Positions 27,037-40,204 of a stretch of DNA of 64,000 nt are shown one piece after another. Position 1 is the stretch's first letter. Each line of letters begins with the position of its first letter. The position numbers and the translations under genes were made by a program. The notes under the pieces are model-generated. The model saw nothing but the letters and a program-made list of their open reading frames with translations. It had not been told where the DNA came from and did no database searches. Source of the stretch: Trichosphaerium sp. ATCC 40318 (Eukaryota; Protista; Tubulinea); assembly GCA_038496445.1 (NCBI GenBank), contig JALMLS010000231.1, positions 154,393 through 218,392 of the forward strand, read 5' to 3'.

Positions 27037-27420
27037 TTAGTCTAGTTCTATCAATTCTTCTACAAATGTCTTTCCAGATACCAGTTTTGTGGTAGCAATA
27101 ATAAACTTTCGATCTACATTAATCATTACCAATGGAAAAAGCAAGAAAAAAAAGAGAAAAAAAAAGCACCGTACGAACCTTCAAACTTTTGTGCTAAAAA
27201 CCGGACTGCTGATATTTCCGTAAACGTAACACCTAGACCTTACATTAATGTGACAAAACAAAAGTAGAATATCCTTACCTCCAACAAAGAAAACTAATGT
27301 CAATTTCGACTGCCCATTAGTACGAAGTACGGTTGTTTTCTGCACAGCCGAAAAGCTTGGTCCTGGTACTAGTTTTACGGCTTCATCCACTTTACTTCCT
27401 GCAAAGGACCAGTCTTGTTT
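27037..27420 (-). pseudogene. VPS33: 3' fragment (three exons) of a Vps33-like Sec1/Munc18 gene
   Basis: VDEAVKLVPGPSF...KLTLVFFVGGVTFTEISAVRFLAQKFEDRKFIIATTKLVSGKTFVEEL matches the Vps33 C-terminus; the body of the gene is absent. Confidence 0.75.
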
Positions 27421-27589
27421 CTGTAGCGAAAGATTAAACAAAACTGAGTAGAAAACAAAGGCAAGAAAGGGCTACCATTACTGCTTTCTGTTGGATTTTT
27501 TTTGAAGTCGGTATATCGCTGGTTTATAGTACTAGAACCTACTGAGGTGGTACTACCAAATTGTCTCAGTGTTCTATGTTTTATGTTAA

Positions 27590-28129
27590 GGGGGCACGCT
27601 GAGAATGAAATGACCTTAGCCCCACGGGCATCTTCGGGCTTTAAACCCATCTAAAATCGCGTAAAACGCTGAAAAAATAGGATAGCGAACTGTGTAGATT
27701 GATTACTTGAGTTCAAAGCCCGAAATGTCATTTTTTTTCTCAACTTTTTGACCTTAATTACACGGATTTGAAACAACTTTTAAAGCTATTCGTCCGCTAT
27801 TTCACCACTTGGAGACGCATTTTAGGTGGTGTAGAGCAAATTCGTTATTTTTTTTTGCTTTCAAATTGAGACTTTTTATTGAAAGTGTACCCATAGCATG
27901 TAATACGTGTGTAGATGCTATGGGTAACGTAGTTTTGAACAAATGTGCTTTTAAACAGAAAGATTGAAAAAATGCAGTCGTTTTTTGAAAAAAAAAACTT
28001 TTGCAACAAAAAAACGTCACAAAAAGGCACACGCTAAAAGTTGGGTTTTTCAAAAGCCCTCATGTCAAAGATATAGGCACGAAAATTTGAGCCGATTTGA
28101 ACAATTTCTGCACATCTCAGCGTGCCCCC
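27590..28129. mobile_element. 540-bp non-autonomous DNA transposon (MITE), Kolobok-like
   Basis: Perfect 15-bp TIRs GGGGGCACGCTGAGA (27590-27604) and TCTCAGCGTGCCCCC (28115-28129), flanked by TTAA on both sides (27586-27589, 28130-28133); no transposase ORF. Confidence 0.9.
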
Positions 28130-28768
28130 TTAAGCCTTAACCTCTCTAGGTCAATTTTGGCATTGTTCAGCAACGGTGTGCCTGTAGTGGTCATGTCTTT
28201 AGTATTGTAGAAAAGTAGATTGTTTAGCCGTATTAGCAGTGATTGTTCAGTGAAACAGACTCAATAATTGAAGAACAACAAAGCTTCTACAAGTCACTGT
28301 AATTGTTTGCAAATCATAGTATATGTTTACCCGCTTTAATACATTGTGGTGAGGAAGAAAAACTGGCAGTCATGCTTATCCAAAACAACTGAAGTCCAAA
28401 ACTACGTACTTTTTTTCCACTTTGACCAAAAGTAAAAACTCCGGATTTTGTTGGCATAGTCCTATAAGATCCATACCATGCTCTCAAAAGGATTATAGCA
28501 ATAATAAGTACAATTCACAACCACTAGCGGGTTGTTATCCTAACATGAAAGTGCGAATTGCCGGAAGACAATAACCTTTTATTCGTGTTGTTCCAGGACT
28601 ATTGCAAAGCGTTTTTTTCCCACTGTTAACAATAGTTGCTAGTTTCAGGTGCGTTTTCGGTTTTGATCTTTTGATGACCACAGTTGCCAATAGTAGAGTG
28701 ATTCGTTAAGAGAATACATGTCTGATTCTCATGAACATTTTTTCAACAATTATTCTTCATTCTACTAC

Positions 28769-29926
28769 ATGATGCATCTCTCCTTTGTTCTTCCTATATT
28801 TCTATGTATCGCCATCGTGGCAGGAAACCTACAACAATGCCTGAGCAACTTCAACGTCTATCCAACTGGTACAAAAAAAACCTCTTTTCAACTCTCGTTT
28901 GGCTCGCATTGACGCTGTCTTTGTAGGCGTTGATGATAACTACAACCTATTATCTCGTCAAGGAACACACTACGATACTCATTGGAGTATATGCGATAGT
29001 TCAAACTTACCTGCATTCAATACATGCTTTGGCGCTGGCAGTAGCCCAAATCCTTGTTGTCCTACAAAGATTACAAACTGGGCTCCAAATTCATGGGAAG
29101 ATCCTGTTGACAACGCAGGCATAACAAGCGTATGTACTACCACCTCTCCTTTTGAATTCTTATTCCAACGAAGGGTTTCTGGATTGAAGCTTCAAGCACC
29201 GATATTGAGACGTCAATGTTATTGTTCGCTCATACTTTCAATGTACCTGCAAGTACGCCAAAGTTCTGCAATGTAGATTATCAAGTAACCTTCCTTTAGA
29301 CTGCGCAACAGCTACTTTGAAAGGAAGGTGTTGGGCGGATAATATGGTTAACTGGGGTGGTTTGAATGGTGTTATACAACCACTTCCGTGCTCTCCTTAT
29401 GATGCTAGCTCAGACTATACCAATTCTCCTTCTTTTGAGTTGAACGCTTCTACAGGTCTTGTAGCTGGTGACAATACTCTTACGTTCTTTGTACGTAACT
29501 ACCAGGATAAAGAAGGTTTGTTAGTTATCTGGGACGAGTGTAACTGCGAAATTACGCCAACAGTAGCACCAACGCCTGAACCTGTTTGCGTACCTCATTT
29601 AACAGGAACATCAACAGTTAAGAGTTGCAATGAAACCTATGCTGTCGAAACTGCAACTCTTGAAGCACGTGACGATTGTGAAGCGTAAGTTTAATTTGTT
29701 TTAACGTATGCCCGTTCATACCTGACTTCATTGTAGGCAATGCTTTGCTCAAGGCAAGCATCTTAAAAGTATCGGAGGATGTGGTGTTGAGGATAAACAA
29801 CTTGGTCTTGATTGTTGCGATGATGGTCTTCTTGATATTGTGTCGGTTGAATGCGCCTGTTGTTGTGATTGTAATCCTACTCCAGCGCCTGCATACGCCA
29901 CTAGACCACCTGCTAGCCATGAATAA
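28769..29926 (+). CDS. Secreted Cys-rich protein with putative lectin-like beta-sandwich domain
   Basis: Signal MMHLSFVLPIFLCIAIVAG; FWIE...CWADN...LVAGDNTLTFFVRN...GLL pattern; PTVAPT linker; CACCCDC tail. Confidence 0.7.
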
Positions 29927-30365
29927 ACAAAAAAAAAAGCTGCTATTTGCAGCACAAGAATTGCCTTGTGAGAATTGTTCTAGTTACAAGTTTAATGTAA
30001 GTGTCAATACTAAAGTAATAGTGAGCGCTGATTATCAAGAACACTTTATTATCCTACACAACCAACAACCACAGTGTTTATCTACGAATACTACAACCAA
30101 TAAACCCTGCAGCTATATGGAAATGGAACTCAACACGCTATTCAGCCTTTAGCCCATGTAAACAGCATAGTCATAGCGCCATGGAACTTTGGTTTCAAGT
30201 GTAAAGTTGCTAATCTACAGAATAATGAGTCTTCTAGAACGTAAATAATAAATTATTGTTTATTACTTTGTTCTGACCGAGGCTGACTCTTACAGGTAAA
30301 TTCGCTCTCACATTACATTCAAAAATGTACACAACATTACTTGTCAGGCATTTAATAGCGTTTTT

Positions 30366-33300
30366 TTAAACCTTCAATGAGCTGCCTGAGCTATTGCTCT
30401 CTAGATATGCAATTCGGGCAAGTAGTTTGGCATTTTCTTTCTCCAGTTTAGTGATTCTGTAAAGGTGCTTTTTGTTTGCTTGTTTCAGTTCTTCCAATTC
30501 ATTTTTATGGTCTTGCTTTGGATTTGCAACTTCTTCATTGAAAGATGATTGATCAGTTTGATTTGGATTTGCAGATGCCCATAATTGTCTACATTTAAAA
30601 TCAGAGGCCGTTTATTTTGAGCAGTTGTACCGTTTGGTTTTGAAATCCTCATATTCATCAGACAACTCATCACACGACCCAAATGATTTTGAAAGCTCTT
30701 GGCTCTTTTTAGTAGTCGGTGGCTTTTTTGATGTCATCTTTGTTGTGTCACTTGATTTATTCAGTTGTTGTTTTTTGGGATTCTTGACAACCTTAATGAC
30801 ATAACGTGCAACAGCCTGAACATCTATAGTACTAATTAAAATGCATAGCTACAGATCTTTTGCTGTGTTACCTTGAGCCACAACTAATTCATCATGTTGC
30901 CGGTTATCAATATTATCTTTAACTGCTTCTCCCTTATTGTTTACCACAGCATAATGACTTTGATATCCTGGTTTTATAGGCTTACCCTTAAAGTTAATGT
31001 TGTCTCTTGGTTTTTCTACTACCTAATATTACTTAAGCAGTATTTATAAATGTTTTTACATACAGGATACACATTCCCTGGTGTAACTAAACTTAGAATA
31101 AGTGTTTTTTCAGGGTTTCCAGAAGTGTCATAAGAGCAAGCATAATTGATACTATTCTATTCAAAAACATGTTAACAAAATTGGAGATAGGGATAGTGAT
31201 AAACCATACTGTAAAGTAGATCCCTTGTCCATAAAATCCAGCATCTAGTGCACTTACTGTTCCAAAACCAGCTTTAACAATACTCTCGGCTGCCTCAGCA
31301 CTTGTTCCATGGACCATTAATACAACAGGTATCTGAACAATTGGTTATTAGGTAAGGCTTGTTTATGTTACAAGGTACCTGTTCTAAACTAATACAAGTC
31401 AAACTATTTTTAGAAATCAGGTGCAAAAACTTGTTGGCAATACTTGTCCGTTGGGTATGATAAGTATTGTGTTTCCAACTGTCCTTACAAAACAAAGTAG
31501 GTAGCTCTCTAAAATAAATCAGTACTATTGACAATACTTTTGTACATACTGGTGCCTGTGTTTCAGTATTTTATTGTACATCCCAAAGTTTTGAAGCAAC
31601 ACATCATTGCAAACAAGATGTGCTGATACAACAGTGACTTTATCATATCCATGCATTTTAGACAGCTGGTCATGAAGAAGCTGCAATTCACGTTTGGCCA
31701 CAGTATCAGTCTTGTCAAAAAGGTTCAAGCTTCTGTAATGTGTAGCTTTTTCAACAAAACCCCTTTTAAAGTATTAACAATAACATGAAGAAATGAAACA
31801 AACAAACTTGTTTTTTGATCTATCCCAGCCAGTTGCATACTCCAATCGTGGGTTTAAGTCCCATGATGTTTTGCTGTTTAATCCTTGTACTTGATAAGTC
31901 ACAAGGTCTAAAAACAAAGCTGGTGTGCCTGCTATGGTATCGCCTAATGCTTGATTTGGTACAATAGGCTGAATTGCATAAGCTCCGCATTTACACTTGA
32001 CGGTTCTGTCAGAAATCTACCAACGAAGTTTAACAATATATTGTTTGTATGTTGTGTACATTAGTTCCATCATGTGTTTGCTGGCTGCAGTAACTGCATA
32101 TGAAATGCTCCTTGAAGGCTGTACAAAAGTAAGCATTTGTATATTGTTTTGGGTCATACTTCGTTTATCTGGTTGAATGGAGTTTATACACCAACCTTCT
32201 TGTATACACTGTTGATAAATAGTACCAGTTTGTGTTCTTTTACTCCACATATCACGTGGCGTATCATACAAAATACCTTCCATCAGTTCTCCTTGCTGAA
32301 TCCAAAATGTCTAATAACAGAAGTTTTGCTCTTGAACCTTAAAAAAAAGACTATCACGTACTGATGATTGAACAAATATGCGGTTATAAGTGCAGATTAA
32401 ATAGCGTATACCTTTTTGCATCGCAAGTTTAAAGTAAGAGCGTGTGGGCTTGTGAGATTAGTTAAAGCAATTTGTACAGTATAATCTGTACCAAGTATTG
32501 TAGCCATCTCGCAAGATTGCATCTCCATTGTGGATAGCACTTGCCCATGTGCGCACAAGATAACCATAATAACTTACGTTGTTGTTTATTTGTTGGGAAA
32601 TGTGTCAACAGAGTTTCAAACACTTTGGTGTATGCAGGATCATTATCTACCACCTTTATCAAAATAGTTTTAAAACCAAACTTCTGTTTGCTCATTGTCT
32701 GTGAAAAAACGTCATTTGCGTTTGATAAAATGAGAAACACTGAAGTATCCTCCAATTGAGCTAGTGATCGTCAAATTCAAGGTATTATAAAGCTAGTATC
32801 ACCTGCATAAAGTAATGGCGTCCATCCCTTATTATCTATTGCTTCAGTGTTGGCTTGAGATTTCACTAGCTGCTCAGCAACTCTACGGTGTCCATGTTTG
32901 GCTAGTAATTGTTATTAATATAGTAGAGAGTAATTGCACCAGCGAAATGTAAAGCTGTATTGCCATCACAATCTGTAGCGTTGACATTTAAATTTGCATT
33001 GATCAGTATTTCAACGATGCTTGTATATCCCCGATAAGCTAATATCTATGATTAGTTTACATTGTGTGCAATAATGCCACCTGCAAGATGTAAAGTTGTC
33101 CGTTTTTTATCATCTATAGCATTGATGTTTGCTTGTTCATTGATCAATAGACTAACAATACTTGTATATCCACGATAAGCTGAAAAAGTGTTAGTAATGA
33201 TTAATTCACTTGAATGCTAATACCTGCATAATGTAAAGCTGTGCATCGTTCACAATCTGTAGCGTTGACATATGCGTTGGCTTTGATCAATAAGCTAACA

Positions 33301-34306
33301 ATATCAACATGTCCATAAGATGCTTAGAAAATGTGAGTAATTCACTCATTACCAAAATTACTATATACCTGCATAATGTAAGGCTGTACATCTTCTATCA
33401 TCTGTATCATTGATATTTGCATTTGCTTTTATCAATATTTCAATAATACTTGTGTATCCACGATATGCTAATAACTATTGGTAAAGTGGCGTTTAACAGT
33501 ATGACATACCTGCTTTGTGCAAAGCTGTCCATTCTTTATCATCTTTAGCGTTGATATCTGCTTTAGCCTTTATCAGTAAACCAATGATGGCAGTGTGCCC
33601 AGTAGATGCTAAGAAGCGTGAGCAATTCTAGTTTACAATGAACCTGCACCTGCATAATGTAAGGCGGTACATTTTCTATCATCTGTATCATTGATATTTG
33701 CATTTGCGTTGAGCAATAATTCAACAATACTAGCATGCCCATTTGATACTAGGAACTGTGAATACCGCTTTTATTTACAACGTCTTGTACCTGCAAGGTG
33801 TAAAGCTGTGCGGCCTTTGTCATCCGTGGCATTGGTATTTGCATTAGCATTTAGTAATATTTTAACAATCCTTTTGTATCCTTGATATGCTGAGGAAGAG
33901 CGTGAGCTCCCTACACACACTGCATTTATAACATACCAGCAATGCACAAAGATGGCCATCCTGAATTGTTAGTAGCTTCAATATATGCCCTTGAGCTCAA
34001 ACACACTGATACAATATTTGGCAAATCATGTTGTACTAAGTTGGGTAAATATTTAGCTAGTTTATACCCAAACCTGAATATAGAAGAATGTCATTGGCTG
34101 ACTCTAACTTCCATAGCTTCTTTCTTAGTGTATTAACTACAATTATTAAACTCTTATTGAGATTAACTGCATGCCTGTACTAATACTCTTGAAACCTTTT
34201 CGAAGCTGTTTCAGTTCGTCTAAGTTGATAAATTAAACAAGTGTATCAATACAACAGCTTGAATACCTTTAAATTCTTGTGTTTTTTGATCGCTTTGTTT
34301 CAACAT
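30366..34306 (-). CDS. Ankyrin-repeat + PARP-like ADP-ribosyltransferase protein, multi-exon
   Basis: Eight ankyrin exons (32803-33890); catalytic motifs VHGT, GFYGQGIYFT, HDELVV; coiled-coil tail; splicing of the middle region is uncertain. Confidence 0.8.
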
Positions 34307-34656
34307 GGGACGTCGTAGTACGTGAATTTTTTTCTCGGCTATGTGCTCTAAACCGTTGCTACAAATGACAATTCTTAGTTCGTTTTCATTCAGAATGCCA
34401 TCTAAGCAGTATTCTACTTGCCTTTTGGCGTTTTTGTATCCGACTTGTTCAAACTTTGTAGCGGATTACCCGCAAAAGGTGTATTTTAGTTTAAAGCTGG
34501 TACAGCACGTGCAGTTGTTGTTGCTAGAGACTGACTGACGTTGACGCTACTAGCAAAACGTGATTTGTTCGATAACTCAAACCCAATGTAAGATAATCAA
34601 AACAAAGAGACTTGTTGCGTATTGCCAAAAACAAGTATTTATTTACAAAAAGAACT

Positions 34657-36093
34657 TCAAGCAGCTGCTTTTACAAGACCAAGTTCGATCATTGCTTTTA
34701 CCATATCAGGCATAGTCTCTTTATAAGGTTTGAATACAACGCCAAGTTCCTTCTCAGCCTTTGTGTGGTTGCTTGAAGGAGCACAAGGATTGCTTTTTTC
34801 CAATTCTACCTTTGGTAGAGGAAACTTAGGGTACACTGCTCGTATAGCTTCAGAGAGATCAAACATAGAAACCTGAAAAAAGTAAGAAAAAATACCACGT
34901 GCAAAATGTTGAACATACTTGGTCTGTGTTGCTACATACGTAGCGTCCCTTGGCTGCGTCAACCTCAATAGCTTTAACATGAGCTTCACTGACAGTTCTA
35001 ACATCAACAACAGCAGGTGTACGCGCTGGGGCGCCTAAGAAGATTGTCAACCAATGATGTTCTTCCTTTATTTCTCTTACCATCTTTGTACTCTCCTTCA
35101 AGAAGTGACTTGATGTATTTCACAGATGTACCAGCACGTGGTAATAGTGGAGGTCCCATAACTTTATGAATACGTCGTTAGTATAACAACTACAGAAGAC
35201 TCTGAATAGTGGTACGTACCAAAAGATGGATTAATAGTAACAATTTCTAGCTCTGGTTTATCTTTAACAAAATCCCAAGCAGCTACATACTTGTTAAGCC
35301 ATCGTCTAATCGTGTGCAAAAGTACTAACCTTTTTCTGCAGCTGTTTTAGAATAAGAATATGCGTTTTCTTCAGGAGTAGCCTCGTTATTCCAATCAGCC
35401 TCTGACCAAACATGACTTGCGTTCTTTTTTCTATTTTTGGGAAATCAGCCACTTTATTCGCATGTATTAGGCAATCATGTGGTACCTTTGATCACCGCAA
35501 ACTGCAGCCATTGATGATGTGATAACAACACGCTTTACTTTTGCTTTATGTGCTGCACGTAAGACATTGACAGTACCGTTAACTGCTGGTCCTACAACCT
35601 ACCAAGAAGTCAGATGTTGTTAACGGCTAGTGATCGTTTTATTTATTTACCTGGTCGTGTTTACCGCTAGCAGGGAAGAAAAAAGGTGATGCAGTGTGAA
35701 TGACATACTTACAGCCTTCGAAAGCTTTTTCAAAGCTATCCTGTAAAAAAGTCAGTACTTTTGTGCTAAAGAAATACAATGCTGTAAGCATCTGTATTCG
35801 AGGAGTCGTACCGGTTTAAGTAAATCAGCCTCGAAAAGTGTCAAGTCTTTAGATAACGCTTGCAATGGATCCACAACTTCTTTTTTCGCTAGGGAGCGCA
35901 CTGTACCGCGTACCTAAAATACGTTAGAGGTTTCTCTTCGTAAGTGTTGTTTAACCGCTTTTTAGCGTAAATGATCTAAAGCACATTTCTACGCGTAACG
36001 TACTTCATATTTGCCTCTCTTAGCTAAATCGTTGACAACATGGGCGGCGATATAGCCAGAAGCTCCAGTTACGCATACAATTGCTCTACTCAT
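34657..36093 (-). CDS. NAD(P)-dependent epimerase/dehydratase-type SDR (cinnamoyl-CoA reductase/DFR-like)
   Basis: VCVTGASGYIAAHVV, VIHTASPFF, PAVNGTVNVL, RVVITSSMAAV, YSYSKTAAEK, VTINP, VDVRTVSEAH. Confidence 0.92.
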
Positions 36094-36556
36094 TGTTATT
36101 GTTATGTTGTTTTGATATTAATGTCTTTCGGAAGAAAGCTGTCACAAACGAATTCGTTGACTTTCCGTTCTCCGCAAATTTTTCCGCCAGCAAATAAAGT
36201 TTGCCCGGAAAACTTGTTTGAAACATTACCCTATCTAATGTACTGTATGTTTCATATCAACAAAAAGTACTGTTCACTTTGAAACGAATTCGTTTGCCAA
36301 GTCAAGTATGTCAATAACTTAAACACGTGCGAACTTGGTTTTTTCGGGTTTTTTTGTTTTCGCGATCGGATTTATTAATTGTAACGAAGGTTTTTAACAG
36401 GTATTACGTGTATGTATGGTACAGGTTCCATTTTACCGGTTAGAGGAAGATCAGGAAGTATTAGTAGCATTCTAGGTTTGTTCAGATCGGAATTACTTTT
36501 TACTCCGGTTTTCTCACTCTAAAGATTGTTTAGTTCCTTTGAACCTAAAGTGTACC

Positions 36557-37775
36557 ATGGCTAGTACAACACAAGGTAGGATTAATTAACATCTGTACTA
36601 GTTTTCTAAACTGACATACATTGTAGACAACGCTGACAAGATAAAGCAATTAGAGTATGTTGTGTAAATTCCTGAAGAGTTGCTGACTTTTGTAGAACGT
36701 ATTGGACAACTTTTGCAAGTGGATTTCACTCTATAGCTTCTAAACAAACCAGATCTACTGCCTTCCAGCTGTTTACACAATTGCAACTTGGTAACCTTCT
36801 ATATTACAAAAGCGTTCTGAATGTATGTAGATAAATGTAGCAATTTTCTTCAAATTGGTTGCGGAACAGGTCTTGAAACAGAATTGCTGCTGAGGTACAA
36901 ATCACAAGCCCGAAGTAATAAAACTGTTAACAGACAGTACAGCTTTCTTCCTACAACATCATCTCTTACTGTAACCGACCTGACGTCAGCTATGTTAGAT
37001 ATGACAAAAGAGCGAAACAAGGTAAAATTGTATTACTTAACTATGAAATCAAACACATCCTACTTACCACATATGTATCAGAATTCCAAAATAGACGTTA
37101 CATACGCAAAAGTGAACTCTGAGGACTTGAGCGCTTACTCCAACGAATCATTTGATAGGTGCAAACGGTAAAAAAAAGAAATACATTTGTAACAACCATT
37201 TAGGTATTGTGCAATCTCTGTTTTGCATCTTGTACCAAACCCAAAAAAAATGCTGGATGAGTGTTTTAGAGTTCTGAAGAAAGGCGGAATGGCTGCATTT
37301 TCTGTATGGGGAAGACCAGAGTATAGTCCTCAATTCACACTTCCTGGTTCGGTTTTTGTTTGCCAACAACACTACTTATTTTTTGTTCAGGTAAAGTATT
37401 AAAAGACATTGGTATTGAAAGTGGAAACCCTCCCGGTGCAGTAAACCCCAAATTCCATCTTTGTGACATCCAAAAAACAAGGCAGATGATTTTGAATGCT
37501 GGGTTCAAGTATGTATTTCCTTGGGCTGGGGTACGTTTTAAGTTCTTGAAACTTAGCGCAAACTCATATTTTAGGTAAATCCTGTTGTACTACTGGATGC
37601 CAAAGATATCATGCAAAACTTTGAGCACTCACCTAAACTTAAAGCAATGTATTCAAAGCTTGATGATATTCCTAAAGAAAAGTTCAAAAATGCTATGATT
37701 GCCTCTGTTGAGGAATTCCGTTCTACAGGAAAGGTGTATGGATATGAAATTAATTGTTTCATCGCAATAAAGTGA
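36557..37775 (+). CDS. Class I SAM-dependent methyltransferase
   Basis: FLQIGCGTG, VTDLTSAML, SFDRYCAISVLHLVPNPKKMLDECFRVLKKGGMAAFSVWG. Confidence 0.9.
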
Positions 37776-37992
37776 ATTTATGATGTTGAATCAAGTGGAT
37801 TTCTTTGTAACCACGAACTCACTATGTATCTCAAACCAGCCAGTTTACAAGTTGTAGTCACAAACTGTAGTTTAACACATTAAGTGTTTCAGCTAGCAAT
37901 CTTAGAAAATTCGGCGAATACTGTTGAACAACTGCTTAAGTAGTTTACTGACTTGTATCAAACCTAAACGTGCCAGAAAGAGCTGTACTGAG

Positions 37993-38703
37993 ATGGATTT
38001 AGCCTCTCGACAAAGCAACAGCGCTTATAGTTTGCTTACAATACCATTGGAGCTACAACACATGATATTTAACCTAGAATCTCGCGCATATAGTGTTTGG
38101 CCTATTCTTTGTAAACAAGCTGCTTTTACAAGCAGATATGACTTTAATCTTCAAAAACATGGCCTGTTTATCTCCAGGGATAGAAAACAATCCAATTACG
38201 CTCATGGCAAACTACACGGTGCCTTGCGGAAATATGTACTCGCAGACATAGTAAACTACAAGTACAGACTGTTATCTGAGGTTCATTATGTTCATGGTGT
38301 AAAAGAAGGTGTCTATGAGAGATATGGTCCACGTGGCTTAGTTGAGAAGTGTTATTACAACAAAGGAAAGCTTCATGGTGAGTACAAGCTAATAAGCCAT
38401 GGACGGCAAAGAAAAGATGAGATCCGTCATTACAAGAATGGAAAGCTTCATGGTGATAAAAAGATATACCTTGACGGTAAGCTTGTAGAACGACATCAAT
38501 GTGTAAAGGGTAAACTACATGGAATGAGTACATTTTGGTACAACAATGGTAATGTTAAAAGCGAGGTACCTTACAATCATGGAAAGATTCATGGCACACA
38601 TAAACGATTTCACATTGATGGCAGATTTAAAATCTCAGAACATTACATTAAAGGTGTACTGTATATTAATGGGCAACCACAAAGAAGTACCGTTGTGAAT
38701 TAG
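37993..38703 (+). CDS. F-box-like + MORN-variant repeat protein, intronless (copy A)
   Basis: MDLAS...SLLTIPLELQHMIF...WPILCK then YxxGKLHG repeats. Confidence 0.88.
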   Translation: MDLASRQSNSAYSLLTIPLELQHMIFNLESRAYSVWPILCKQAAFTSRYDFNLQKHGLFISRDRKQSNYAHGKLHGALRKYVLADIVNYKYRLLSEVHYVHGVKEGVYERYGPRGLVEKCYYNKGKLHGEYKLISHGRQRKDEIRHYKNGKLHGDKKIYLDGKLVERHQCVKGKLHGMSTFWYNNGNVKSEVPYNHGKIHGTHKRFHIDGRFKISEHYIKGVLYINGQPQRSTVVN

Positions 38704-40204
38704 CTGGTATAAAAAGACTAAAGCAAAGAGAATGTTTCTAAAGATAGCAGCCAGTACTAATCAACATGTCTGAAATCAAATATGGTTTTAGTTGATTTAC
38801 CTAGTACTTAGCACACTCAATGGTAAACCACTCGTGCTTTTCCGCGCCTTTGAAAGTTCTTATAAAGTCGTTTTTGAATCAACTTATCTACCAGTTAGCC
38901 AATGTGTTGAATGGCGTGGAATGTAATGTGAACACGTGATATAACTAGTCGGAAAAGCATACCACAAAATCATTTGTACATACAAAGCCTAGAAGTATTT
39001 TGCCACTTGTACTGAGAATTCCTTAAATAGATAGTACGGAAGTTGACAAAACCCCAAAACTTTAATGTACAGTCAGCTGATGACTAGATTTTGTATACCT
39101 TAATTAGTGTATGGCACAAGTCGCTCTTGATAAGCAAGTTGTGACTTAATAATAATGGCCGTTAATGTGTTTTAACATGGTGTTTTACGTGTAAATACAT
39201 CGCAAGTATTTTGGTTATTTTTGGTTTTGGCACAAGAGAAAAAAAAGTACACTCGTCCTGTTTAATGGCGCATTACATGCACTATGTGGTTTAAAGTATC
39301 TATGGGGAGCATGAGTGTTGTTTGTTCACAAACTCTGTTTTCATGCACAGCACACCCTTGATCTGCAAAAAAACACCATAAAGCACAACCTTATAATTGT
39401 GAGAAGCGTTGGTACAATATTATAGGCGCTGTGGCGCCTGTATAAGAAAAACAGCTTTTTCTGATTTTCTATACAACTAACACTCCCAAAAAGTGGTTAT
39501 TGTTGCTTTATACGCACCTAGAAATCCAAATAGTAGAAGTACACCTCTTATTTGCTGTTAAACCGTTACATTTTTGTAAAAAGCGCCCAGTGTATTGTAT
39601 GTATTTAATTTTCATCGTTTATAGCTATATGAAATTCAATAAAGTACTTTGGTGCACGACTTTCGCAATTTATTACCAAATTTAGTGAAAAACTTTTTTC
39701 AAATTGAAAATTAGTGCAATTTTCACTACTGTAGTTGATTTTTACAATCCCTACTGGTGAAATAAATTACCACAAGATGTAATACAATGCAACCACATAA
39801 TAAAAAAAAACAATGATGGAACACTAAAAAAGGGTAAATACAGCTTTTCTCCTCCCACACATGCAGGTCCACATTTTTTACGATGCCATACAGCCTGAAC
39901 AAGTTCGTGTTAATTTTCAAGCCACACAAGAGCACCAGCTGTTACTGGTGTGTATGTTTTTTCGCGATTTCTCAGTACTGTGTGTAGCAAAAAATTATTT
40001 GATACCACAAACACACGCACAAAATTTGGCTGAGTAAAACCAGTACAGCTAGAGCGCAGAATAATCGACTTTACAAAAGTACGCGCATATTTTCAAGACT
40101 GGGATTTGACCATATGCCCGAGACTGAATTATTAGACTATACCTTAATGTAGTGATCAATTAAGGTATTTTGAGTTCAGAACAAAACAAAAACAGCAACA
40201 AAGC

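Noticed and set aside
32803-33890. Regularly spaced repeats resembling a CRISPR array or satellite
   Set aside because: They are ankyrin exons separated by GT-AG introns
38750-40150. Long intergenic region with short palindromes and ORFs
   Set aside because: No TIR/TSD pair, coherent gene model or RNA fold could be supported
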